From Anaeromyxobacter sp. (GTDB lineage: Bacteria > Myxococcota > Myxococcia > Myxococcales > Anaeromyxobacteraceae): a stretch of 64,000 nt of DNA. Of the stretch, positions 56,981 to 64,000 are shown piece by piece (positions within the stretch are counted from its first letter, which is position 1; every line of letters starts with the position of its first letter). A program made the position numbers and the translations under genes. The stretch covers positions 1,771 to 65,770 of the forward strand of contig DATKMW010000063.1 of NCBI GenBank assembly GCA_035541675.1, given 5' to 3'. The notes below the pieces were generated by a model that worked only from the letters and a program-made list of their open reading frames with translations, did no database searches and was not told where the DNA came from.

Positions 56981-58864
56981 ATGTCGCGACCGTCCCCTTT
57001 CCGCGCGCTCGCGCTCACTGCGCTCCTGGCCGCGGCGGGGTGCCAGGACTACAACTTCAATCCGGTCGGGCACTGCCTGATCGAGCCCGGCAACGAGCGG
57101 GTGACGCTCTCCGACATCAATACCGCCGACGTGCTCTTCGTGGTCGACGACTCCGGCTCCATGGGCGGGAAGCAGACGAAGCTGGCCGACAACTTCAGCT
57201 CGTTCATCGGCAACCTCGGGACCTACAACTCCAACCGGCAGGCAGCCGGCCAGACCCCGGTCGACTTCCACGTGGCGGTGACCAGCACCTCGATCTTCTA
57301 CAACGCCCCCACCCTGGCCTACTGCCGAAGCGACTGCCCCGGCGTCCCCGCCGGCACGGACGTGTGCTGCAACACCTCGGGGAGCACGCTGCTCGGCCCC
57401 ATGAAGACGGTCCAGAGGTGCAGCGGCGCCTCCGACACCTCCTGCGCGGCCGGCGCCTGCCGGGACGACTGCCTCACGCTCCTCGGCGAGTACGTCTGCT
57501 GCGACCCGAGCACCAAGGTCCCGGCACAGACGCAGGAGGTCCCCTGCGACACGGTGGGGGCGGCCTGCGGTGACCTCGAGACCCACTACTTCTGGGACCC
57601 TGCCAACCCCGGATGCACGCCCGGGGTCGCAGCCGACTACAGCCCTTATCCGGCGGGGACCTTCGTCGCCCTCGGGTCGAACCCCAAGGTCCTGAACTTC
57701 GACAAGAGCCTGTACACCTGCGCCACGCCGCCCTGCACCAACGACTCCGGGCAGACGGAGGCCCAGCTCGAGTCCTTCTTCTCCCAGAACGTGGCGGTGG
57801 GAACCTGTGGCTCGAACGAGGAGCAGGCGCTCCAGGCGAGCCGGCTGGCGCTGGAGAAGGCCGTGGCCGGCACCCAGCCCGAGACCTGGCTGCACGCCAA
57901 CTCCAAGCTGGTGGTGGTGGTGGTCGGCGACGAGGACGACTGCTCCTCGCCGGAGGACGCCAGCAAGGGGATCATCCTCACCGGCAGCCCCGGCGCCGAC
58001 AGCTGCGTGGCCGATCAGGCGCTGCCGGCCGATCAGCAGAAGGAGTACCCGGTCTCTTCGTTCGTGACCTACCTCACCGGGCTGGGGCGGCCGCTGGGCG
58101 CGGCCTTCATCGTCTCGGCCCGCTCCGGCACCTCGGACGTCTGCCAGGACGAGTCCTGCACGCCCGACATCTGCTGCGACACCCTTTGCACCGGCAGCGA
58201 CAGCCTGTGCACCACCGACATCTGCGGCGGGCAGGCCCCGGGGAAGCGCCTGCTCGAGGCTGCCAGCGAGCTGCGCGCCCAGAACGCCGACGTGGTGGCC
58301 GGCTCGATCTGCGATCCCGATTTCGCCAACATCCTCGACCGGATCGCCGACATCGTGAAGCCGCCCTCGGGACTGGTGCTTCCCAGCCAGCCCGCCGACG
58401 GGATCGTGACGGTGCTGCGCATCGCCACCGCCAGCGGAAAGACCCGGAAGACCTGCGACGGCCCGGCCCCGGCCAGCCTGGACGCGGCCGGCGCCGAGGC
58501 GGCCAACTACGACTGGTGGTTCACGGCGTCGCGGGAGCAGCTGACGGACGACCAGCGGCACCCCACCGCTGCCAGCAAGTACATCTATATCAACCACGCC
58601 ACCAAGAACTGCGAGGCGGACATCGGCGAGACCTACTCCGCCGACTACCTGGGCCGGCTTCCCTCCAGCGGCTGCCAGGGCGCCACCGCCGACGAGGCCG
58701 ACGCTGCCTGCGTGGCGACGCTGGGCGGCCGGACCGGCGACTGGACCTGCTTCGCCGGCACCGATGGCGCGGGCGCCTGCGTGATCCCCACCGGCAACGT
58801 GGTCGGCACCTGCATCTGCGGCGCCCGGGGCGGCTCGGGCAGCGGCAACTGCCCGAACGGCTAG
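56981..58864 (+). CDS. Cys-rich VWA-like (MIDAS) lipoprotein
   Basis: Lipobox AAAGC; DVLFVVDDSGSM; GS..EQ; VVGDEDDCS; 37 Cys. Confidence 0.8.
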   Translation: MSRPSPFRALALTALLAAAGCQDYNFNPVGHCLIEPGNERVTLSDINTADVLFVVDDSGSMGGKQTKLADNFSSFIGNLGTYNSNRQAAGQTPVDFHVAVTSTSIFYNAPTLAYCRSDCPGVPAGTDVCCNTSGSTLLGPMKTVQRCSGASDTSCAAGACRDDCLTLLGEYVCCDPSTKVPAQTQEVPCDTVGAACGDLETHYFWDPANPGCTPGVAADYSPYPAGTFVALGSNPKVLNFDKSLYTCATPPCTNDSGQTEAQLESFFSQNVAVGTCGSNEEQALQASRLALEKAVAGTQPETWLHANSKLVVVVVGDEDDCSSPEDASKGIILTGSPGADSCVADQALPADQQKEYPVSSFVTYLTGLGRPLGAAFIVSARSGTSDVCQDESCTPDICCDTLCTGSDSLCTTDICGGQAPGKRLLEAASELRAQNADVVAGSICDPDFANILDRIADIVKPPSGLVLPSQPADGIVTVLRIATASGKTRKTCDGPAPASLDAAGAEAANYDWWFTASREQLTDDQRHPTAASKYIYINHATKNCEADIGETYSADYLGRLPSSGCQGATADEADAACVATLGGRTGDWTCFAGTDGAGACVIPTGNVVGTCICGARGGSGSGNCPNG

Positions 58865-58958
58865 CACGGTGCCTGGGCCCGGGCGCTCCCGACGGGGGCG
58901 ATCGAGGGCGAGCCCGGGACTTGCCTTCCCGCCGGGGACGGGCGACCCTGCGTCCACC

Positions 58959-60170
58959 GTGAGGAGCCTCGCCGCCCTGGCCGCCCTGGGTACCGTGCTG
59001 GTCGCGGGGTGCGATCACGTCCCCAAGGACGCGCTCCGCTCATGCAACGCCGAGGTGCGGGTGCTCCCGGCCCGTACCGACATCCTGGTGGTGGTGGACG
59101 ACTCCGGCTCGATGACGGAGGAGCAGCAGAACCTGCGGGAGAACCTGGCCAGCTTCGTGACCGCGCTGGCGGCGAGCCCCGTCCCCCACGACTTCCAAAT
59201 CGGCGTCACCACCACCGACGTCCTGGACTTCGACGGCCGGACCACCACCTACCCCACCGACGTCCCCCCCTACGCCGGCCTGGGCTACCCGATCCCCTAT
59301 CCCAAGGGGGCGCTGGTGGCGGTGGACCCGGGTGCGCGAACCGATCCCGCCCTGGTGGGCAAGATCCTCTACGACCCCGCCACCGGCTTCGGCGGGCCGC
59401 GGATCCTCCCCACCGGATCGCCCACGCTGGTCCAGGACTTCGAGGCCAACGTGCTCCTCGGGGTGGAGGGCTCCGGAAAGGAGCAGCCCTTTCACGCGGT
59501 GGAGCTGGCCCTCACCGATCGGATCGCCGACGGCACGAACGCCGGCTTCCTCCGCGACGGTGCGCGGCTGGGGGTGGTGATCCTCACCGACGAGGACGAC
59601 TGCTCGGAGTCGACGCTGCCGCTGGCCGGGTACTCGAACCCGCGCTGCCACGACCCGACCGTCAAGGCAGAGCGGCTCTGGCAGGTGTCCGCCTTCGCCG
59701 ACTTCCTGGACGGTCCCATCGCCGGCGAGGCGCGCGCCCCGGTGCTGGCGGTGATCGCCGGCTTCGACCCTTCGACGCTGGCCCCCACCGGCTGCGCGAC
59801 GTCGTACGACACGCCCGACCGGCTGGCCGAGCTGCTCGACCTGTTGGGCCCGGACCGTACCCTGCGTGCCAGCGTCTGCGATCCGAGCTTCGGCCCCGCC
59901 CTGCAAAGGGTCGCCGACCTGCTGGTCCCGCAGACGGTGCCGCTCGACGGCGCCCCGCCGGACTGGCACATGCTGGTGGCGGCCGTCCACCGGGCCGACG
60001 GCACCGCGCAGGCCTGCCCCGTGGCAGGAGAGGGCGACCCCAGCGCCTCCGCTGCCGGCGCGGTGTACGGGCCGCCCCGGTCGGGGCGCCCGCCCACGCT
60101 CACGTTCCAGGGGAGCTGCCGCCTGCACGGCGGCGACTCGGTCTCGCTGGGCGTGATCTGCGCAGGCTGA
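58959..60170 (+). CDS. VWA-like (MIDAS) lipoprotein, paralog of the upstream gene
   Basis: Lipobox VAGC; DILVVVDDSGSM; GSGKEQ; ILTDEDDCS; SVCDPSF. TTGCCT-N17-GACCCT lies 9 nt before GTG. Confidence 0.78.
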   Translation: MRSLAALAALGTVLVAGCDHVPKDALRSCNAEVRVLPARTDILVVVDDSGSMTEEQQNLRENLASFVTALAASPVPHDFQIGVTTTDVLDFDGRTTTYPTDVPPYAGLGYPIPYPKGALVAVDPGARTDPALVGKILYDPATGFGGPRILPTGSPTLVQDFEANVLLGVEGSGKEQPFHAVELALTDRIADGTNAGFLRDGARLGVVILTDEDDCSESTLPLAGYSNPRCHDPTVKAERLWQVSAFADFLDGPIAGEARAPVLAVIAGFDPSTLAPTGCATSYDTPDRLAELLDLLGPDRTLRASVCDPSFGPALQRVADLLVPQTVPLDGAPPDWHMLVAAVHRADGTAQACPVAGEGDPSASAAGAVYGPPRSGRPPTLTFQGSCRLHGGDSVSLGVICAG

Positions 60171-60202
60171 GTGGAAGCGACGAATAGTGAACTGCTTGGC
60201 GC

Positions 60203-60231
60203 TTGCGGTGTGCCGCGGCCTTGCGCACAAT
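60203..60231 (+). promoter_or_regulatory. Promoter of the acyl-CoA ligase
   Basis: TTGCGG-N17-CACAAT; about 125-nt leader. Confidence 0.5.
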
Positions 60232-60361
60232 CCCCGGGTCCCACGTCGTTCAGGAGGTCCCTCACGACGCGCCGCATCAAGTTCCGGTGGCCCCCTCCGC
60301 TGCACCAGCGGGCGGCGCCCGGCCGGGGGACCGCCGTCGACCGAAGGCAGGGAGCACGCCC

Positions 60362-62173
60362 ATGATCGCCGAGCCGGAGCCCATCCGCGAGTCCGTGGCG
60401 CAGAACCTGGTGTCGGTCTTCGAGGCCCAGGCGAGGCGGCGCGGCGAGGCTGCGGCGGTACGGCACAAGAGGAACGGGGGGTGGGAGGACGTGTCCTGGG
60501 CGGAGGTGGCTCGTCGGGCGCGCTGCGTCTCCGACGGGCTGGCGGCGCTGGGCATCCGCCCCGGAGACCGGGTGGCGGTGATCGGCGAAACCCAGCTCGA
60601 GTGGATCCTCGCCGATCTGGGCATCCTGGGGTCCGGGGCCATCACCGTCACCCTCTACCAGTCCAACCTCCCTGCCGAGTGCGCCTACATCCTCTCGAAC
60701 TCCGGGGCGCGCCTCATCTTCTGCGACAGCGACGCCCAGGTGCAGAAGATCCGCGAGGCGCGCGGGCAGCTCCCCGCGCTCCAGGGGATCGTCCGCGCCC
60801 GGGGGGAGGCCGCCGACGGCTTCGAGCGCTCGCTCGCCGAGGTGGAGGCTCTGGGGGCGGACTACCGTCGGGACCACCCCCGGGCCCACGAGGAGCGGCT
60901 GGCGGCCATCGGGCGCGACCACCCGGCCACCTTCATCTACACCTCCGGAACCACCGGGAGCCCCAAGGGTGTGGTCCTCACCCACGGCAACTGGGTCTAC
61001 GAGGCCCGGGCCGTCGAGGAGATCGAGATCATCGGGGCGGACGATCTGGTTCTCATGTTCCTGCCGCTCGCCCACTCCTTCGCCAAGGTGATCGAGGCGG
61101 TGTGGTTCGCCACCGGGGCCACGGCCGCCTTCGTCGAGTCGCTGGAGAAGATCGTCGAGAACGCCGGCGAGGTGCGGCCCACGGTGATCCCCTCGGTGCC
61201 GCGCATCTTCGAGAAGGCCTACAACGCCGTGGTCTCGCGGGGCCTGGCCACGCCGGGCCTCAAGGGCCGGCTCTTCCGGCTGGCCATGGACGCCTTCGAG
61301 GAGTACGCGTCCCAGCGCGACCTGGGGCGAGCCGAGTCCTCGCTCGGTCTCGTGCTGGGCAAGAAGCTGGTCTTCCCCCGGCTCGCCCAGGCGCTGTCGG
61401 CCCGCTTCGGCGGCCGGATGCGGCTCTTCGTCTCCGGCGGCGCTCCGCTCGCCTCCAAGATCGCCTGGTTCTTCGACCTGCTCGGCATCGCCATCCTCGA
61501 GGGGTACGGGCTCACCGAGAGCTCGGCCGCGTCCTTTGTGAACCGGCCCGGGCGCAACCGGATCGGGACGGTCGGTCCGCCCATCCCCGGCACCGAGGTC
61601 CGCATCGCCGAGGACGGCGAGATCCTGGTGAAGGGGCCGGGGGTCATGGCCGGCTACCACGGGGACGCCGCCGCCACCGCCGAGGCGATCCGCGACGGGT
61701 GGCTGGCCACCGGCGACATCGGCACGATCGACGAGGCTGGCTGCCTGAAGATCACCGACCGCAAGAAGGACATCATCGTCACCGCCGGAGGCAAGAACGT
61801 CGCCCCCCAGAACCTGGAGAACGAGCTCAAGACCGATCCGCTCATCTCCCAAGTGATGGTGCACGGGGACCGCCGCAAGTTCCTCTCCGCCCTCCTCACC
61901 CTCAACGAGGAGAACGCCCACCGCTGGGCCGTCGAGAACGGGCTCCCGCAGGGCCAGAGCTTCCGCAACGACCCCCGGTTGCGCGCTCGCCTCCAGCAGA
62001 CCATCGACGCGCTCAACGCTCGGCAGGCAAGCTACGCCACCATCAAGCGCTGGGAGGTGCTGGACCGCGACTTCACCCAGGAGTCGGGCGAGCTGACCCC
62101 CACGATGAAGGTGAGGCGCAAGGTGGTCACCGAGCGCTACCGCGAGCTGCTCGACTCCTTCTACGTGGAGTGA
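60362..62173 (+). CDS. Long-chain fatty acid--CoA ligase (FAA1/COG1022-type)
   Basis: YTSGTTGSPKG, FLPLAH, EGYGLTE, TGDIG, DRKKD, GGKNVAP, GELTPTMKVRR. Confidence 0.92.
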   Translation: MIAEPEPIRESVAQNLVSVFEAQARRRGEAAAVRHKRNGGWEDVSWAEVARRARCVSDGLAALGIRPGDRVAVIGETQLEWILADLGILGSGAITVTLYQSNLPAECAYILSNSGARLIFCDSDAQVQKIREARGQLPALQGIVRARGEAADGFERSLAEVEALGADYRRDHPRAHEERLAAIGRDHPATFIYTSGTTGSPKGVVLTHGNWVYEARAVEEIEIIGADDLVLMFLPLAHSFAKVIEAVWFATGATAAFVESLEKIVENAGEVRPTVIPSVPRIFEKAYNAVVSRGLATPGLKGRLFRLAMDAFEEYASQRDLGRAESSLGLVLGKKLVFPRLAQALSARFGGRMRLFVSGGAPLASKIAWFFDLLGIAILEGYGLTESSAASFVNRPGRNRIGTVGPPIPGTEVRIAEDGEILVKGPGVMAGYHGDAAATAEAIRDGWLATGDIGTIDEAGCLKITDRKKDIIVTAGGKNVAPQNLENELKTDPLISQVMVHGDRRKFLSALLTLNEENAHRWAVENGLPQGQSFRNDPRLRARLQQTIDALNARQASYATIKRWEVLDRDFTQESGELTPTMKVRRKVVTERYRELLDSFYVE

Positions 62174-62181
62174 GGGGCTTG

Positions 62182-62480
62182 GTGGCGGTGCCGGCGTCGC
62201 GGGTCCTGCTGGCCGAGGACGACCCGGAGGCAGGGGACCTCGCGGCCGACGTGCGGGAGGGGACGGCCGGGGCGGCGGTGATCGACTTGGGCCTGCCGGG
62301 ACCGGGCGGGAGGGAGTAGTTGCCGGCGCCGAGGGCGGCCGCCGCGGTGATGGCGGTCAACGGCTGGTCCCGCGAGGAGATCGTCCGCGTGGGCGGTCGC
62401 GAGGCGGAGGCGGCGCTCGAGAAGCCGGAGGCGCCCGAGGCGCTGGCCCTTGCGGCAGCGGGTGAAGTGCGCGGGCGAAG
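62182..62480 (+). pseudogene. Decayed response-regulator receiver domain
   Basis: RVLLAEDDP...VIDLGLPG..G.E*(TAG 62317-62319)...VMAVNG...LEKP..PEAL in one frame; only about 21 aa between EDD and the phospho-Asp instead of about 40. Confidence 0.55.
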
Positions 62481-62487
62481 CACCGTC

Positions 62488-62516
62488 TTGACAGGGCTGG
62501 CCAGGCCCAATACCCA
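62488..62516 (+). promoter_or_regulatory. Promoter of the SCP2 gene
   Basis: TTGACA-N17-TACCCA; SD aggagg precedes ATG 62573. Confidence 0.55.
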
Positions 62517-62572
62517 TGGGCGGCTCGATTCCGGAGTCGGCCGCCGGCCCGGAGGGAGGGCAGGAGGAACCG

Positions 62573-62911
62573 ATGGCCGAGCCCGTGACCACCGTGAAGG
62601 ATGTCTTCGAGCGGCACCTGCCGGCGCGCCTCCAGGCCAAGCCGGACCTGGTGGCCAAGATCAACGCGGTGTACCAGTTCGACATCTCCGGACCGGAGGG
62701 CGGCTCCTGGGCCGTCGACTGCACGGCCCCCGGTGGCAAGGTCGTTCCCGGCAAGGTGCCGGGCGCGCGCTGCACCGTGGCCGCCACCGATCGCGACTTC
62801 ATCGGCATCGTCACCGGCAAGCTGAACCCGCAGATGGCCTTCATGTCCGGCAAGCTCCGCATCCAGGGTGACATGGGTCTGGCCATGAAGCTCCAGCAGA
62901 TCCTGGTGTGA
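62573..62911 (+). CDS. SCP2 sterol/lipid-binding domain protein
   Basis: YQFDI.G..GG.W..D, G.LNPQMAFMSGKLRIQGDMGLAMKL. Confidence 0.9.
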   Translation: MAEPVTTVKDVFERHLPARLQAKPDLVAKINAVYQFDISGPEGGSWAVDCTAPGGKVVPGKVPGARCTVAATDRDFIGIVTGKLNPQMAFMSGKLRIQGDMGLAMKLQQILV

Positions 62912-62969
62912 CGGCGCGGCTTGCTCGCACGGTGAAGTGCTCCCGGTGGGGTCCGGCGCAGGCTTTTCG

Positions 62970-62998
62970 TTGACAGGCGGTCGATCAGGCCGCAAACA
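62970..62998 (+). promoter_or_regulatory. Candidate promoter of the leader-peptide gene
   Basis: Perfect TTGACA, N17, weak -10 CAAACA. Confidence 0.4.
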
Positions 62999-63008
62999 GG
63001 ACCGGATC

Positions 63009-63269
63009 ATGCGCGCCCTCCTCGCCGCCGGCCTGGCTGCCTTCCTGGTGGCCGCGGCGCTGGCGCCCCACGTGCACCACGGCGTTCACGGCGACCACGA
63101 ATGCGCCGCCTGCCTGGCGCGCAACGCCGAGTCCGCCCGGACCGAGATCCCCGATCTGGCCCCGACCCGGGTGCGCTTCGTCGGTGTCGCGGCGGAACTG
63201 GTGGGCGTCCCCGCCATCGGGGCGCCGCTGGGCGCCATCCCCGGTCAGTCACCTCCGCGGAACGGATAG
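63009..63269 (+). CDS. 86-aa DUF2946/CruR-like membrane leader peptide (His-rich, CxxC, C-terminal QSPP)
   Basis: Hydrophobic N-terminus; HVHHGVHGDHECAAC; ends PGQSPPRNG; SD agga. Confidence 0.7.
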   Translation: MRALLAAGLAAFLVAAALAPHVHHGVHGDHECAACLARNAESARTEIPDLAPTRVRFVGVAAELVGVPAIGAPLGAIPGQSPPRNG

Positions 63270-63364
63270 GGCCGCATCTGCCTACCGCTCGGTGCGCCGC
63301 TCTCGGGCGGCCGCCGTCCATCCCGTTCCGTATTCGGGCGCGCACGTTCGCGCGCCGGAGGTGA
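63249..63364 (+). promoter_or_regulatory. Predicted SD-sequestering mRNA structure (translational attenuator)
   Basis: TCACCTCCG (63249-57) pairs with CGGAGGTGA (63356-64); CGGAACGG (63258-65) pairs with CCGTTCCG (63323-30); hairpin ggcgcgc/gcgcgcc (63337-63356). Confidence 0.65.
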
Positions 63365-63370
63365 TCCGCC

Positions 63371-64000
63371 TTGCATCGAGGAATGCTGGCAGCCTGCGCC
63401 CTGGCGGCTCTGGTGCCGCCCTGTGTCCACGCCCAGACGGTCGAGGGGCCTGCCGCCGGCGCGGCCGGAGGGAACCCCCTGGCCCGGCTGATGCTCATGC
63501 CCGACGTATCCGCCATCGGCAGCTTCACCGGCGTCTACGACGGCTATGACGTCCCGGGTCTCTCGCCCGACCGCGGCGATCTCTACGGCAAGAAGGGGCA
63601 GCCGACCTTCGTCTTCCAGGAGGTGGAGCTGGGGCTCCAGGCGGTGGTGGACCCCTACTTCCGCGCCGACGTGTTCGCCTCCTTCAGCCCCGGCGGGGCC
63701 GACGTGGAGGAGGCCTACGCCACCACGCTGGCGCTGCCCGCCGGCTTGCAGCTGCGGGCGGGGAAGTTCTTCAGCCCCTTCGGCCGCATGAACCAGCAGC
63801 ACCCGCACGTCTGGGAGTTCCTGGACGCGCCCTTGGCGCGCGGCCGCCTCCTGGCGGAGGACACCCTCTCCGGCCCGGGCGTGGTCGCCTCCTGGTTGGC
63901 CCCCACGCCCTGGTTCGCGCAGCTGGAGCTGGCGGCGCAGAGCACCGCCCCGTACTCCGGCGAGGACCCGGAGCTCACCGGAGTGGCCCGCTTGCTCCAG
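63371..64000 (+). CDS. Outer-membrane beta-barrel metal-uptake receptor ('zinc-regulated TonB-dependent receptor'-like), 3'-truncated
   Basis: Not in the ORF track. TTG start 7 nt after SD GGAGGTG; signal peptide ...VHA|Q; PDVSAIG, QEVELGLQAVVDPYFRAD, VEEAYATT..LP..LQLRAGKF...FGRMNQQHPH.WEF.D.P. Confidence 0.78.
   Translation, partial: MHRGMLAACALAALVPPCVHAQTVEGPAAGAAGGNPLARLMLMPDVSAIGSFTGVYDGYDVPGLSPDRGDLYGKKGQPTFVFQEVELGLQAVVDPYFRADVFASFSPGGADVEEAYATTLALPAGLQLRAGKFFSPFGRMNQQHPHVWEFLDAPLARGRLLAEDTLSGPGVVASWLAPTPWFAQLELAAQSTAPYSGEDPELTGVARLLQ

Noticed and set aside
62317-62319. Programmed TAG readthrough or pyrrolysine in the receiver remnant
   Set aside because: The domain also has a large deletion and there are no pyl genes in the window. 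Decay is the simpler explanation.

Overview
High-GC window from a myxobacterium. Gene content (RomR, FrzS-like, TIGR02266-type PilZ, PilZ-Hsp70) points to an Anaeromyxobacter-like Myxococcota genome; this is inference. About 55 genes, mostly core. In order: galactose Leloir and ABC uptake locus (galT-galK-mglBAC); polarity/motility block (REC-GGDEF, CheW-like, romR, valS); nadC-birA-coaX-hypothetical-murJ; STAS; ECF sigma/ZAS anti-sigma/frzS-like; radical SAM-rlmI; coaBC; UDG; nfeD-stomatin; CoA-transferase; exbB-exbD-tonB-receptor-lipoprotein; miaB; PilZ-DnaK; guaBA; two VWA lipoproteins; acyl-CoA ligase; SCP2; and a truncated metal-uptake outer-membrane receptor. I saw no IS/transposase, integrase, CRISPR array, tRNA or rRNA. 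Best leads: (1) a His/CxxC leader peptide ending in QSPP whose S-P-P codons are the exact reverse complement of the downstream receptor gene's Shine-Dalgarno, suggesting a metal-sensing ribosome-stalling attenuator; (2) ValRS with a histone-H1-like tail that has its own internal SD and ATG; (3) a promoter-to-hairpin candidate sRNA at about 6140-6275; (4) pervasive leaderless gene starts, including a 23-bp bidirectional promoter. All family assignments come from motif reading by eye; no database searches were run.
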